Notes: generated by a model not told the origin, from the letters alone. A stretch of 64,000 nt of DNA from Chiloscyllium plagiosum (GCF_004010195.1 NC_057753.1:5547282-5611281), one strand, 5' to 3'. Shown: positions 36,771-50,360, numbered from the stretch's first letter. Translations and numbers: made by a program.

Positions 36771-37555
36771 TGTGACTATGCTGTCACTTTAACAAGTTAT
36801 TTTGTCCTTATTTCTGAAGAGAGGCTATAAGGCAGAGGTTATGAACTGGCTACTGAAGACGACTTACGTAAACAAGTTGTGAGGTCTTTAGATAAAAAGA
36901 AAACTGAAACAATGGAAGCAGCTTGAACGATGTGGCCAGCGATCGCTGATCAGGTTTCTTGGTTTAGGTGTTTTGCAGTAACTCAGTAGTTTTGTTGGGG
37001 TCTTAAAAGCTCCAGTAACTGTCTTTTGGCTGCTGCACTCTGAATTTTCTCTTATGTTTCTTCCTCCTGCATTGGAGAACCGCATGCGAGAGTCTGTGTC
37101 TGAATTCACCTTTTCAACAAATAATTTGTTTGTGGAATGGCACACTATTGGAACAGTCAATTAATAATATGTACCATGAATCTGCACTCCAAGCTCTCTT
37201 TTTTTCAGTAACACTCCCAGATTTTGCCATTAAATGCATAAGTCCTGTCCTGTTTTGACTTTCCAAAATGCAGTACCTCACATTTATCTAAATTAAACCT
37301 GCCATTTCTCAGCCCATTGATCCATCTGATCAACATTCTGTTGCACTCTGAAGTAATCTTGTTCGCTGTCGTTTTAATGGGTTAATTTTTCCAATAATTA
37401 AATTATTATCTTTTCCTCTTTGCTTTGTTGGTATTTTAATTATAATGTTTGCGTAAATTCGAGTACTTTGACCAGTAGCACTTCACATTTACCTTTATGA
37501 TAAGAAAAAGTTGGGTCCCGGATGCCTTCATGAGGGGTCTGTTTTGGTTCAGAAA
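36771..37555 (+). mobile_element. Solo LTR related to the Gmr1-like LTRs, interrupted by a CR1 fragment (~37180-37370)
   Basis: Starts TGTGACTATGCTGTCACTTT and shares internal motifs (aggcagagg, tattggaaca, ttgaccagt, taagaaaaagtt..gagggg) with both LTRs. The 3' end is approximate. Confidence 0.7.
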
Positions 37556-39789
37556 GTGCATATAATATTAGAGACACATAAACACACATTATACCTGTGA
37601 ACTTAGGAGAGATGTTGAGGGGATAATCAGCAATAACTCCTTAACACGTGGTAGCTTCAATTTCTTCAATAATTTATTAATCATCTGTTGATTTTCTAGA
37701 TTCTGCTTCTTGCTTTATCTGTTTAGCTGTATAGCCTGTCACGGTGAAAATCTGTCCCTTGATAGGTATCCAAGCCTTCAACAGGATGATTCGCTCTGGA
37801 TGTAATGAGAACAGCGGTATGCTGGAGAACCCGCTGTGAACTTAACAGAGAAAAGGTTTGCAATGCTGTCTGAAATGTCATTGAAAATGATGTCTCCATA
37901 TCTTCGTCTTCAGATTGTCTTTATTTAAAACGTTTCTAATTTTAATTCTGCCATATTGCCGTTATCAGAATGTGCAGAAAATGTACCAAAGTGGAAATGA
38001 AAGACGCGGGTTATTGATTAGATTGAAACATTCAAGAAGATTAAAATACTCGTCTTGCTCTACTGTCTTAGCTTTTGTTTTTTTCAGGTATCACTGAAAA
38101 ATCGATTGTTCTGCAAGTATCACACAGTTGAAGAATAGTTCATAAACAGCTAAGATTTTGCGTGACTTAATCATCAGCATTTTGTTGGTTATCATCAGCT
38201 CCGCTCTTGTCATTATTGCTGAGCATTCGGGGCAAATGATGGCACATGATGGTACTAGATGAGAAATACAAAGTCCGAAACTAATGCATTTGTCACAAGA
38301 ATTGGAAACCCACCACCTTTGCTGATGGAATTCATTTGCAATCAATTAAACACTCTCAAACACGATAGAATTGGAACCACTATAAATGATCGTTAAAATG
38401 CCACCTGATCCATTAATAAAGTTGACAGAAAAAAATCGAACATCATCACTGAGTTTGACCTGCACCAGTGCCACAGCTGTTTGAATGGCTCATAACTGTT
38501 CTCCAAAATAATCAGGAAACCACTAATATCGCAGGAAGATGAGAATGGGCTACAAAGGCTGGCCTTGCCAACAAAACCCTCATCCAGTGAAAGAAGAAAC
38601 GAATGGTGAAATCTAAATCATTCGGATATAATGGAATAATAGTCATCTTTTGTATATAACGAAATATTATTGATTTTGAGGTCGATAACAATAGTATCAT
38701 CTGGACTTGCATGAAACAGTATGTCTCGTGGCTGAATACCTTTATGCTTGCTTTTGGGATTTTGCTGTCTTGCCACCAAAGTCCCAATAACCTGCTTTCT
38801 GCTAACAGATAATAAAATTGACATAATTTAGAACTGAGAAGAATTACTTGGAGAGAATAAGAAGAAATATTCGAAAGTATCCGGGAACGTATAGTTTTTC
38901 CCTTTAATATACTTTGGCGAATCATATACTTGAATTGTAGCATGGAATTAATGAACAGAAAGATCCATTGTATGGTCTTTATGGATTTTATTGATGTAAT
39001 GTTGAGACCTAGTTTTATACCGAAATTCTCCCTTTATTCGCTACAATTTCATATCCCCTGTCGTTCAATTGGGACTATTTTGCTGCACTGCGTGAGAGGG
39101 GACAAACAATAAAATCCAATGTTAAGACGATTTGAAGTCCCTCTTTTTCATTGAATTTGAAGAAAATGCATCCTAAATAACTCCAAGGAGGCCCAAAAGT
39201 TGAACTGAGCGACTACTGTGCATTTCAAAACAGATTAATCCTGCATACATGTCAATTATTCCGAATGTATCCTTCTATCATTCTGATAAACCTAAACATT
39301 TGATGTCACCACATTTATGGACAAACCGGCTCTTTCTAAACTTGATGTGAAAAGCATTATTACTCAAGCATATTGCAAGCTGAACTCAGATGGCTTTTCA
39401 CAATGACAGCTAAGGATACTTTTTCATCTGGAATGAACTTCGAATGCTGCTTGGCAAAGATGATTTGGAAGTCCTGCTAAATTATACTATGTACTGAGAG
39501 GAAATAATGTGCCCTTGTATCTCGCATTTTATTAATTTAAAATGATGTGCAAATGTCATGTGAGAGAAAAAAAGAACATTTTCACACAGCAAATTATCAG
39601 GATGTGGAATGCACTGCTTGGAAATGTCGTGGAAGGAGGATCAATTGACGCATTCAAGAGAGCAGTGGATGTATGCAAGAAATGAACCCTAGAAGATACA
39701 GCGTGTTCAGGCACAATGAGCCATATTATCTCCTTCTGCACTGTACATTATTGCTTTAATGTACTTGGCAAGATTTAGTAAATCTGATT

Positions 39790-41903
39790 GATCAGACGAT
39801 TTGATGTATAGGTCATGTCGTGCAGTTTCCCCTGTATTAAGTGAGGATAAAATAGACTGTTGGTTGCCTTGTTAGTAAAACTAAAACTTAAACCAATAGC
39901 AATAAACAACGGAGAGTCAGATAACGTAGAATCTGGGTGGATAGAGTTGAGGAACACAATGGTAAGAAATCCATAATGGGAGTTATTATCTACAGGTCTC
40001 CAAACATTTGGAACACAACGTACACCAAGGGACAACAAAAAAAGGCGTGTAAGAAAGACAAGCTTACAGTGAACATGCGGGACTCCACGTGGGTTGGGAA
40101 AATTAGGCTGGTAGTGAATCACCAGTAAAAGAATTTGTGGAATGTCTACGAGATGGCGTTTTGGAACAGCTTGTGTTGGAGCCCGCTAGGGAACAGGCAA
40201 TTCTGGATTTCGTGTTGCACAGTGAGACAGACTTGCGAAGGGATCTTAAGGTGACGGGGGGGCCGTGACCATAATATGATAGAACTTACTCTGCAGTTTG
40301 AGAGGGGGAAGATGGAATCAGTTGTAGCCATACTACAGTTGCAAGAAGGCAACTATACAGGCACGAGCGAGGAGCTGCCCAGAATTGACTGGGAGAGTTG
40401 CCTAGCAGGAAAGACACTGGAACAACAATGGTAGGATTTTCTGGGAGTAATTCGAGAGGCATAGCACAATGTTATCCCGAAGGGTGGGAAAACATGCTTA
40501 CAGGTAGGATGCGGCAATCATGGCTGGCCAGGGAAGTCAAGGACAACATAAAAGCAAAGGAGAAAGCATGTAATATGGCAAAGTACAATGGGAAGCCAAA
40601 GGATTGGGAAGTCAACGAAGACCAACAGAAGACAATGAAGAATGAAATAAGGAGGGAGAAGATTAAATATGAGGGTAAACTAGCTGGTAATATTAGGAAA
40701 TGTTGCAAGAGTTTCTTTTGATATATAAAGAGCAACAGAGAGGCAAAAGTGAACATCGGGCCGTTGGAAAATAATGCTTGGGAAGTCGTAATGGGGGACA
40801 AAGAAATGGACGAGAAATTGAATACCTACTTTGCATCATTCTTTACAGTGGAAAACACAATTAATATTCAAAAACTTCAAGTGAGTGCTGGAGCTGAGAT
40901 GAGCACGGTGGACATCAACACATAGAAGGTGTTAGAAACACTGAAAGGGCTGAAAATGGATAAATTTCCTGGACCAGATGGGCTACACCCCAGGATCCTG
41001 AGAAGGTTGCTGAAGAGATCATGGAGGCTTCAGTAGTGATCTTTCAGATATTACTGGAGCCAGGGAGGATCGCAGAGAACTAGGAAATCGCTAATGTAAT
41101 CCCACACTTAAGAAAGGACAGACAAAAGACAGGAATTTATAGGCTGGTTAGCCTGATCTCGGTCATTGGTAAGATTTTGGATTCCATTGTGAAGAATGAG
41201 ATTTATGAATACTGAGAAGTGCATCATAAAATAAATCGACGTCAGTAGAGTTTCGTCAGGGGAGGTCATGCCTGACGAATCTGTTAGAATTCATTGATGA
41301 GGTAAAGAACAGGTTTGACCAAGGAAAGTCAACTGATGTTATATATCTGGACTTCTATAACGTCTTTGATAAGGTGCTGCACAGGAAGCAGTTGAATAAA
41401 ATGAGGGCCAGTGGTGTTAGTAGCAAGGAAAGAAAATGGACTGTATGGAAGAAGGCAGAGAATGGGGATAAAAGGGTCCTTTCAGGGTGGAAACCGATGA
41501 CAACATGTGTTTCAGAAGGATTAGTTTTGAGAAAGCAACTTTTCAATTTATGCATACTTATTTGCTGAAGGAACTGAGGGCATTCTCGTTAAGTTTATGA
41601 ATTATACGAAGATAGTTGGAGTGGCAAGTAATACTGAAAAAGCAGGGAGGCTCTTGAAAGATTTAGATTGTTTAGGAGAGTGGGCAAAGAATTTGCAAAT
41701 GAAATACAACGTGGGGAAGTGTGAGGTCATGAATTGTGATAGGAAGAATAGAGGCACGAGCTATTTCCTAAATGGTGAGAAGTTTCAGAAATCGGAGTGC
41801 AAAAGGACTTGGGAGCCCTAGTCCAGGTTTCTCTTAAGGTAAAGTTGCAGGTTGAGTCGGTTGTTAGGAAGATAAATGAATCCTGTGTTTTATCTTGAGA
41901 GGA
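39790..41903 (+). mobile_element. Decayed CR1 LINE (endonuclease through RT), cut by the gap
   Basis: GVIIYRSPN, CCKSFF, PGPDGLHPR-like DNA, MKYNVGKCEVM. Confidence 0.9.
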
Positions 41904-42403
41904 NNNNNNNNNNNNNNNNNNNNNNNNNNNNNNNNNNNNNNNNNNNNNNNNNNNNNNNNNNNNNNNNNNNNNNNNNNNNNNNNNNNNNNNNNNNNNNNNN
42001 NNNNNNNNNNNNNNNNNNNNNNNNNNNNNNNNNNNNNNNNNNNNNNNNNNNNNNNNNNNNNNNNNNNNNNNNNNNNNNNNNNNNNNNNNNNNNNNNNNNN
42101 NNNNNNNNNNNNNNNNNNNNNNNNNNNNNNNNNNNNNNNNNNNNNNNNNNNNNNNNNNNNNNNNNNNNNNNNNNNNNNNNNNNNNNNNNNNNNNNNNNNN
42201 NNNNNNNNNNNNNNNNNNNNNNNNNNNNNNNNNNNNNNNNNNNNNNNNNNNNNNNNNNNNNNNNNNNNNNNNNNNNNNNNNNNNNNNNNNNNNNNNNNNN
42301 NNNNNNNNNNNNNNNNNNNNNNNNNNNNNNNNNNNNNNNNNNNNNNNNNNNNNNNNNNNNNNNNNNNNNNNNNNNNNNNNNNNNNNNNNNNNNNNNNNNN
42401 NNN
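41904..42403. other. Assembly gap (500 N)
   Basis: Run of N; the round length suggests a placeholder. Confidence 1.
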
Positions 42404-43343
42404 TACCGAAACGGAGAAGGGAGGGAACTACTCAGCATTAAAGGTTCCCCGAGCGGATCTGTGGTGGTACTGTGGAGGCAAAATATTGAGACCCACCCTA
42501 CCTCCGGATTGGAGAGGGATATGCGCAATTGTACAATTGGCAATTCCATTTACCCTGGCATTTGAGAAGGAAAAGATAGTAGGGAAAAAGGGAAGAGGTA
42601 AGCGATTACTGTTAGATACTTCTTTTGATGACAGGATTTATCTCGACTCGGTAGGAGTCCCTAGGAGAGTGCCTGATGAATTCAAGGCTCGTAACCAGAT
42701 TGCAGCAGGCTTTGAGTCAGCTCTCTTTTGGTGGGTAACAATTAATAAAAATGTAGATTAGATAAATTACATTTTCTATAATCAACAGCGATTTATAAAT
42801 TACACAAGAGATGCGGTTAAAGGAATATCAGAACAGCTTGATGCGACAAGTAGAATGGCATGGGAAAACAGAATAGACCTTGATATGATTTTAGCAGAAA
42901 AAGGGTTTGTGTGTGTGATGTTAGGAGGAAGCTGTTGTACCTTTATTCCTAATAATACTGCACCTGATGGTTCAATTACTCGGGCCTTGAGGGGATTGAC
43001 TACCTTAGCAGAGGAACTGGCTGAGAATTCAGGAGTAGACACATCTCTCACAGGGTGGCTTGAATCCTGGTTTGGAAAATGGAAGGGGGTGGTGGTTTCT
43101 ATCCTTACTTCCCTGATGGTAGTAGTCGGGGTATTGGTGGCCATTGGCTGTTGCGTCATACCCTGTATACGAGGGCTCACCCAAAGACTGATTGAAACAG
43201 CCTTGATGAAACAGATGCCCCTAAAAGGGAATCAGACAGAGGAATTTTATCCACTAAATGATGAGGAGATGAGTGAGACCAAGATGGATGAAATCTCTGG
43301 AATGATGCTTGCGAATTTCGGGGGCGATGTTTACAAGAAATAA
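42404..43343 (+). pseudogene. env: Endogenous retrovirus env (C-terminal SU plus complete TM), single in-frame TAG at 42759-42761
   Basis: ORFs 41895-42761 and 42855-43343 share one frame. WWYCG motif, basic furin-type site RGKR, immunosuppressive-domain-like WENRIDLDMILAEKG, CX6CC (CVMLGGSCC), transmembrane VVVSILTSLMVVVGVLVAIGCCVIPCI. Confidence 0.92.
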
Positions 43344-43388
43344 AAATGCAGAAGATAACAAATGGTAATTAAAAGAAAAAGGGGAAAT

Positions 43389-44049
43389 TGTGGGATATAG
43401 GTAAATTAATGTTTCTTCTGCAGATCTGCAATTCTGCAATTATAATTTCTGTTACAGAGTAAATGAGCTCACATCAGCGTGTAATTGTTTTAGCCAAGAG
43501 CTGAGTCAACAAGAATGGAAACTATGTAAAGGAAATATATGATTGTTTTCGTATCAGTTAAAAATGGCATGTTAGCATGAAACGTGATTGCAAAACAATG
43601 GTAGATGTATGGGCAAATAGATAAGAAGTTGTACGGAGACACAGGAACAAACCCTAATTAAAGAGGTCATAAAGATCAGAGTGGCCTCCGGAGAGGCCTA
43701 GATGGAAAGAATATGCCTAACGATGACCTGCAGTGGGATGACGTTAAACGACCTTATGAGGCCAGAGTTAAGCATTCTATAACGGACACGGCCAGATAAG
43801 CAGGGGTGGTGGAATCAGTCTTAGGGAAGTGAATGATGTAAGTGGGGGGGGGGGGGGGGAAACAATGAAATAAGAAAAAGTATGTGGGACGCAAATTATA
43901 TAAATTTCGAGAGTTTGTTGAATTTGGTGTGTTTTGTCCCTGCCTTGTGGACATTACACCCACTTGCAAGTGTAAAATAAAGGACACTGCTGATTCAGAT
44001 TTTCGTCTCGGACTGCAATTATTGAAGTGAGTGAGCTTTGTTTCTCAGA
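43389..44049 (+). mobile_element. ERV 3' LTR
   Basis: Follows polypurine tract aaaagaaaaaggggaaat directly after env. Starts TGTGGG; TATA-like tatataaa ~43898; AATAAA ~43976; ends ~tctcaga just before a SINE tail (end approximate). Confidence 0.8.
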
Positions 44050-45895
44050 CTACAGTAAGGAAACAGGCCATCTGCCCTAACAAGTCCACCCCGACTCTCC
44101 AAAGAATAACCCACCCAGCCCCATTCCCCACCCTACATTTATCTCTGACCCATGCATCTAACACTATGGGCAATTTAGCATGGCCAATTCACCTGAACTG
44201 CACATTTTTGGATTGTGAGAGGAAATTGGAGCACCGGGAGGAAACCCACGCAGACACAGGGAGAATGTGCAAACTCCAGACAGACAGTCGCCCAAGGCAG
44301 AAATCCTAGAGTTCTGAGGGAGGTGGCTGAGGAAATAGCAGAGGCGTTGGTTCAGATCTTTCAAAAGTCATTGGAGTCAGGGAAAGTCCCGGATGATTGG
44401 AAGATCGCCATTGTAACCCCCTTGTTCAAGAAAGGATCAAGACAAAAGATGGAAAATTATAGGCCAATTAGCCTAACCTCGGTTGTTGGTAAAATTCCAG
44501 AATCCATCATTAAGGATGAGGTTTCTAAATTCTTGGAAGAGCAGGGTCAGATTAGAACAAGTCAACATGGATTTAGTAAGGGGAGGTCGTGTCTGACAAA
44601 CCTGTTGGAGTTCTTTGAAGAGGTGACAAGTAGGTTAGACCAGGGAAACCCAGTGGATGTGGTCTACCTCGACTTCCAAAAGACCTTTGATAAGGTGCCA
44701 CACGGGAGGCTGCTCAGCAAGGTGTGGGCCCATGGTGTTCGTGGTGAGTTACTGGCATGGATTGAGGATTGGCTATCTGACAGAAGGCAGAGAGTTGGGA
44801 TAAAAAGTTCTTTTTCGGAATGGCAGCCGGTGAATAAGCGGTGTCCCGCAGGGTTCAGTGTTGGGGCCGCAGCTGTTCACTTTATATATTAATGATCGGG
44901 ATAAAGGGACTGGGGGCATTCTCGCGAAGTTTGCTGATGATACAAAGTTAGGTGGACAGGCAGGTAGTACTGAGGAAGTGGGGAGGCTGCAGAAGGATCT
45001 AGACAGTTTGGAGGAGTGGTCCAGGAAATGGCTGATGGAATTCAATGTGAGCAAATGCGAGGTCTTGCACTTTGGAAAAAAGAATACAAGCATGGACTAC
45101 TTTCTAAACGGTGAGAAAATTCGGGATCTGGGAGTGCTAGTCGAGGATTCTTTAAAGGTAAACATGTAGGTTGAGTCCGTGATTAAGAAAGCGAATGCAA
45201 TGTTTTCATTTATCTCAAGAGGGTTCGAATATAAAAGCACCGTTGTACTACTGAGACTTTATAAAGCTCTGGTTAGGCCCCATTTGGAGTACTGTGTCCA
45301 GTTTTGGTCCCCACACCTCAGGAAGGACATACTGGCACTGGAGCATGTCCAGCGGAGATTCACACAGATGATCCCTGGAATGGTAGGTCTAACATATGAG
45401 GAACGGCTGAGGATCCTGGAATTGTATTCATTGGAGTTTAGAAGATTAAGGGGAGATCTAATAGAAACTTACAAGATAATACATGGCTTGGAAAGGGTGG
45501 ACGCTAGGAAATTGTTTCCGTTAGGCGAGGAGACTAGCACCCATGGACAGAATTAGAGGGGGTAAATTCAGAACAGAAATGCAGAGACATTTCTTCAGCC
45601 AGAGAGTTGTGGGCCTGTAGAATTCATTGCCGCAGAGTGCCGTGGACGCCAGGACGCTAAATGTCTTCAAGGCAGAGATTGATAAATTCTTAATGTGACA
45701 AGGAATTAAGGGCTACGGGGAGAATGCGGGTAAGTGGAGTTGAAATGCCCATCAGCCATGATTGATTGGCGGAGTGGACTCGAAGGGCCGAATGGCCTTA
45801 CTTCCACTCTTATATCTTATGGTCTTATGGTCTTAGAAATCGAACCCAGATCCTGGTGCTGTGTGGCAGCAGTGCTAACCGCCTAGCCCAGCGCA
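44050..45895 (-). mobile_element. HE1-like SINE split by a CR1 insertion (44050-44305 and 45835-45895)
   Basis: The body ends cccaaggcagaaatc and resumes agaaatcgaacccaga..gcagtgctaacc. Confidence 0.85.
44306..45834 (+). mobile_element. 5'-truncated, relatively young CR1 LINE (RT region and 3' UTR)
   Basis: [46 protein letters not shown]; (TCTTATGG)n tail; TSD AGAAATC at 44299-44305 and 45835-45841. Confidence 0.95.
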
Positions 45896-46831
45896 ATCTC
45901 CAGAATCAACCTAGTAAACCTCTTCTGTGAAGACCTATGACCCCTCAAGAGGGGCCTCTTGGTTCGAGATCCGTCAAAAGAATCAATGAATACGGTCTGT
46001 TCATAAAGCAAGGGTACCTTGACGCAATTCTATCCACCAACACAGAGGTTAAGGCTTCCGTGTTCCGTGGTGAAGTTGCGCAATTACATTTGAAAATTAC
46101 ACATTATTTATACGTTTTTTTAGGAGATAGTACAGTATTAATTACAAGGAAGACCAATCACATATAATAAGGTGACACGATTTACAGCAGGTTAATCCAA
46201 TGATATTTCCTGGGAAAAGGTACTTAATTACAAGAAAAGTCCAATCAACTATAATATTGGCCAACATGATTGGCAACAGGCTAATCCAATGGTATTCCTT
46301 GAAAAATAATCTTATTTATGTAAATTGTAATGCCATATATCAGTTCAAGTTTAGTTTGAATTGTTAATTAATGTGTCAGTATTCATTTTATGAAAACTCT
46401 ATTATCCTCTTATGTTTGAATTTTGGCTTAATTCTGCAAATCAGCAGGACAGGTTCACAGGGTTCAACCAGTATTCTCAGTCACTTTTTGGCATTATTTT
46501 AAATTTAAAAACTGTTTTGTGATTAATAAAAACCTACCTATACTTGTTGCCTAAATTCAAAATTTAGATCCTCATCTGCACCACTTCTAGTGCCAATACA
46601 CCCTTTCTCAAGTAAGGAGACCAAAAACCTCCTGCGACACTTCACATCTGCGTGAACATTTACCTCCTTAAACAGTCAGTGTTTGTGACCCTAGTGTGGA
46701 ACACTGTGCTGTAGTTTCCGGTGCATTGAAAAAACGAGGATGTGTTCTTTTTTCTAGCAGAACTCAGCGAATCTGTTTAATTAATCATCACTTTGCATGA
46801 CATCCTTCCTGATGTCTGTCGCTCTGTATGA

Positions 46832-47280
46832 ATCATAGAGTCATAGAGATGTACAGCACAAAAACAGACGTTTTGGTCCAAACCGTCCATGCTGACCAGA
46901 TATCCCAACCCAATCTAGTCCCACCTGCCAGCACCCGGCCCGTATCCCTCCAACCCCTTCTTATTCATATACCCATCCAGATGCCTTTTAAATGTTGCAA
47001 TTGTACCAGCCTCCACCACTTTCTCTGGCAGCTCATTCCATACGCTTACCACCCTCTGCATGAAAAAGCTGCCCCTTAGGTCACTTTTATATGTTTCCCT
47101 TCTCACCCTGAACCTATGCCCTCTAGTTCTGGACTTCCCTTACCCCAGGGAAAAGATTTTGTCTATATTCCCTATCCACACTCCTCATGATTTTGTAAAC
47201 ATCTATAAGGTCATCCCTCAGCCTCCAACGCTCCAGGGAAAACAGCCCCCAGCCTATTCAGCCTCTCCCTGTAGCTCAAA
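46832..47280 (-). mobile_element. CR1 (HER1-like) 3' end
   Basis: FFMQRVVSVWNELPEKVVEAG; tail (catagagt)n on the plus strand. Confidence 0.9.
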
Positions 47281-47694
47281 TTTGTTTCAAATAAACCTGT
47301 TGGACTATAACCTGTGAGTTCTGAATAAATCTGTCACAGATGGCCAACCTAAACAATTGTTTCATCTCGGTTCTCTGAGGAAACAGTGACAAGGCAAACA
47401 CTGCAAGGTGAGCGGGAAAAGGAAGGGCACTGAGACTGGTTGAGTTGTTGCTGCCGTGTGCCAACTCAGAGACGATGAGTTGAACAGTCACTGGTCCTGT
47501 TGGAATGAGTGCAATTTTAATGGCGCAACTGGAACAGAGTTCCATGAGCAAGTAGTGAAGGTGATCGATTGCATAAGGCAGGGTTTCATGTTTGAAGGTG
47601 AGAGGAAGTTTCACTCACTCAGTGATTCTGCCAATGCTGCTCGGACATTTAGTGAGTAGGATAAAAATCATCCTGAGTTTTCCTGAGCTTCGGC

Positions 47695-48240
47695 CAGTGC
47701 TTTCGGAGGTTTGGAGTCGAGAGTTTGTCGCTGGAAAAGCACAGCAGGTCAGGAAGCATCCGAGGAGCAGGAGAGTCGATGTTTCAGGCAAGAGCCCTTC
47801 ATCAGGAATAAGACTGGGAGCCCCGGGGGTGGAGAGATAAATGAGAGGGGGTGGGGCTAGGGGAAGGTAGCTGAGAGTGTGATAGGTGGATGGAGGTGGG
47901 GGTAATGGTGATAGGTCAGAGGGGAGGGTGGAGTGGATAGGTGTGAAGGAAGATTGACAGGTCATGAGGGTGGTGCCGAGCGAGAAGTTTGGAACTGGTA
48001 TAAGGTGGGGGGAGAAGAAATGGGGAAACTGGTGAAAACAACATTGATGCCATCGGGTTGGACGGTCCCGAGGCGGAAGATGAGGCGTTCTTCCTCCAGG
48101 CGTCAGGTAGTTAGTGTTTGGTGATGGAGGAAGCCCAGGACCTGCATGTCCTTGGCAGAGTGGGAGGGGGAGTTTAAGTGGTTAGCCGCGGGGCAGTGGG
48201 GTTGGTTGGTTCGGGTGTCCCAGAGATGTTTTCTGAAGAG
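47695..48240 (-). mobile_element. PLE family 1 3' fragment
   Basis: Reverse-complement homolog of 31770-32175; core cctgatgaagggctcttgcctgaaacatc. Confidence 0.75.
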
Positions 48241-48434
48241 GTTTAGCCAGCGTTGGAGGATCTTGTGTCCATGGATGGGCAGGAAACCTCTGATTGAAGC
48301 TGCAATGGCTGCTTTCTGCTGGCAGCGGGGAATTGGAGAGCGTGGGATAAAATCCTACTGCTTGTCCCGGTCTCACTCCCCGTGAAGCCCTGGAAGAGAG
48401 AATCATCGGACGAAAGTGTTCATTGTTCATTGAA

Positions 48435-49325
48435 AGTGGAGTCATAGGTGAATAGGATAGTGAAGAAGGTGTTTGGTACGCTCTCCTTTATTGCTCAGAG
48501 TACTGAGTACAGGAGTTGGGAGATCGTGTGCAGCAGTACAGGACATTGGTTTGGCCACCTTTGGAATATTGTGCACAATTCTGGTCTCCCTCCTATCAGA
48601 AGGATGCTGTGAAACTTGAAAGAATTTACAAGGGTGTTGCCAGTACTGGTGGATTTGAGCGACAGGGAGAGGCTGAATAGGCTGGGGCTGTTTTCCCTGG
48701 AGTGTCGGAGGCTGAGGGATGCAGCAGTTTCTTCCCCCAAGCCATCAGGCTCCTCAACATAGTATAATCGGACTCTTTCCAATCTGAAATTCTTTGGTAT
48801 TGCTGCTAGAAAAATGTATATGATTCATTATTCTTCTGTTACACTGTAACTTGCATGTTTTGCACTTCTTATGGACTTTATATGGTGTATAATTGTGGCA
48901 CCCACAGTCCTGGAGGAACACTGTCTCATTTTTAACCGTAGCAGTTGTATCTGGCAGAAACGTCAAATATAAAAGGTACCCTACTCTACTCTAGAGAGGT
49001 TTATAAAATCATGGGGGGCATGGATTCAGTAAATGGGCAAGGTCTTTTCCCTGGGCTGAGTGTGTCCAGAAGTAGAGGGCATAGGTTTAGGGTGAGGTGG
49101 GGCAACTTTTTCACGCAGAGGGTGGTGCATGTACGGAATGAGCTGGCAGAGGAAGGTGGTGGAGGCTGGTATTAATAGAGCATTAAAACGGCCTCTGGAT
49201 GGGTATATGAATAGGAAGGATATGGCACAAGTGCTGGCAAATGTGACGGGATTAGGTTCGGATATCTAGTCAACATGGACAAGTTGGACCTCAGGTTTCC
49301 ATGCTGTACATCTCTATGACTCTTC
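48435..49325 (+). mobile_element. CR1 3' fragment interrupted by a Rex1-like 3' end (~48722-48993)
   Basis: CR1 breaks at ggctgagggatg and resumes agaggtttataaaatcatg. The insert begins cagcagtttcttcccccaagccatcaggctcctcaac and ends (actct)n. Confidence 0.75.
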
Positions 49326-49754
49326 ATGAATTGAGTGTAGAGATACTGGTGAAGTCTCTTCCTCCAGTGAGTTGTTTAATTGTCCACTTTCATCCATTAC
49401 TGGATGTGAGAGGACTGCAGAGCTTCGATCTGCTGATTGTGGGATGGCTTTGCATGGTTTCGCACTTGTGGCTTATGCTGTTTTGACATGCAAGCAGCCC
49501 TGCTTGGTAGTTTCATCATGTGGACAGCTCATTTTTAGGTACGTTCGCTGCAGCATCTGGCATGCCTTTCTGCGCTATCCATTGAACCAGGGTTGATCTC
49601 CTGGCCGGATGAGAAATGTTGAGTGTGGAATATGTCAGGCAATGAGGTTGCAGATTGTGCTGGAGAACAATTTTGCTGCTGTTGATGACACACAGAGTCT
49701 GATGGATACCCAGTCTTAAGTTGCGAGATCTGGTTGAAGTCTTTTCTGTTTAGC

Positions 49755-50360
49755 AGGGTCAATCTTTCTTGGACTCTTCATGTGGATGCACTGGTTACAA
49801 AGGCCCAACAGCATCTCTTCTTCCACAGGCAGCTGAGGAAATTTGCCATGACGGTGAATACCCTCGCCAGCTTTGATAGGTGCACCATAGAGAACGTTCT
49901 GTCTGGATGTATCACGACCTGGTATGGCAACTGTACCATTCAAGATCGGAGACGGTTACAGAGAGTGGTGAACTCGGCCCGGACACTCACAAAGACCAAC
50001 CTCCAATCTGTCGAATCCATCTACCAGGCCCGCTGTCAAGGAAAGGCCACCAGCATTCTCAAAGATCCATCCCACCCTGACAATGTTTATCTACAACTAT
50101 CGGGGAGAGGGTACAGAAGCCTGAACAGATGCACCAGTCGGTTTCAAAACAGTTTCTACCCAACTCTTGTTAGAATGCTGAATGGACTCACAAACTCTTA
50201 ACATTCGCCTGTACCTGTGTTTTTGTTTTTGCTGCTGTTTACCTATTATTTACTTATCTGTGCTAGTTAACTCTGTGATCTGCCTGTATTGCTCGCAAGA
50301 CAAAGCTTTTCACTGTGCCTCGGTACACGTGACAATAAATTCAATTCAATTCAATTCAAT
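49755..50360 (+). mobile_element. Rex1/Babar-clade LINE 3' fragment
   Basis: LSWTLHVDALVTKAQQHLFFHRQLRKF..GCITTWYGNC..RRLQRVVNSA..RFQNSFYP; ends aataaa(ttcaa)n. Nested in an older minus-strand LINE (49330-49750, 50361-50930). Confidence 0.85.

Noticed and set aside
41876..42565. Long ORFs spanning X residues
   Set aside because: Artefacts of the N gap. Only the env frame after 42404 is meaningful.
42759..42761. APOBEC-type hypermutation of env
   Set aside because: One TGG>TAG change is insufficient; other Trp codons are intact.
43844..43859. Poly-G run as a functional G-quadruplex in the LTR
   Set aside because: Homopolymer length is unreliable and there is no independent support.
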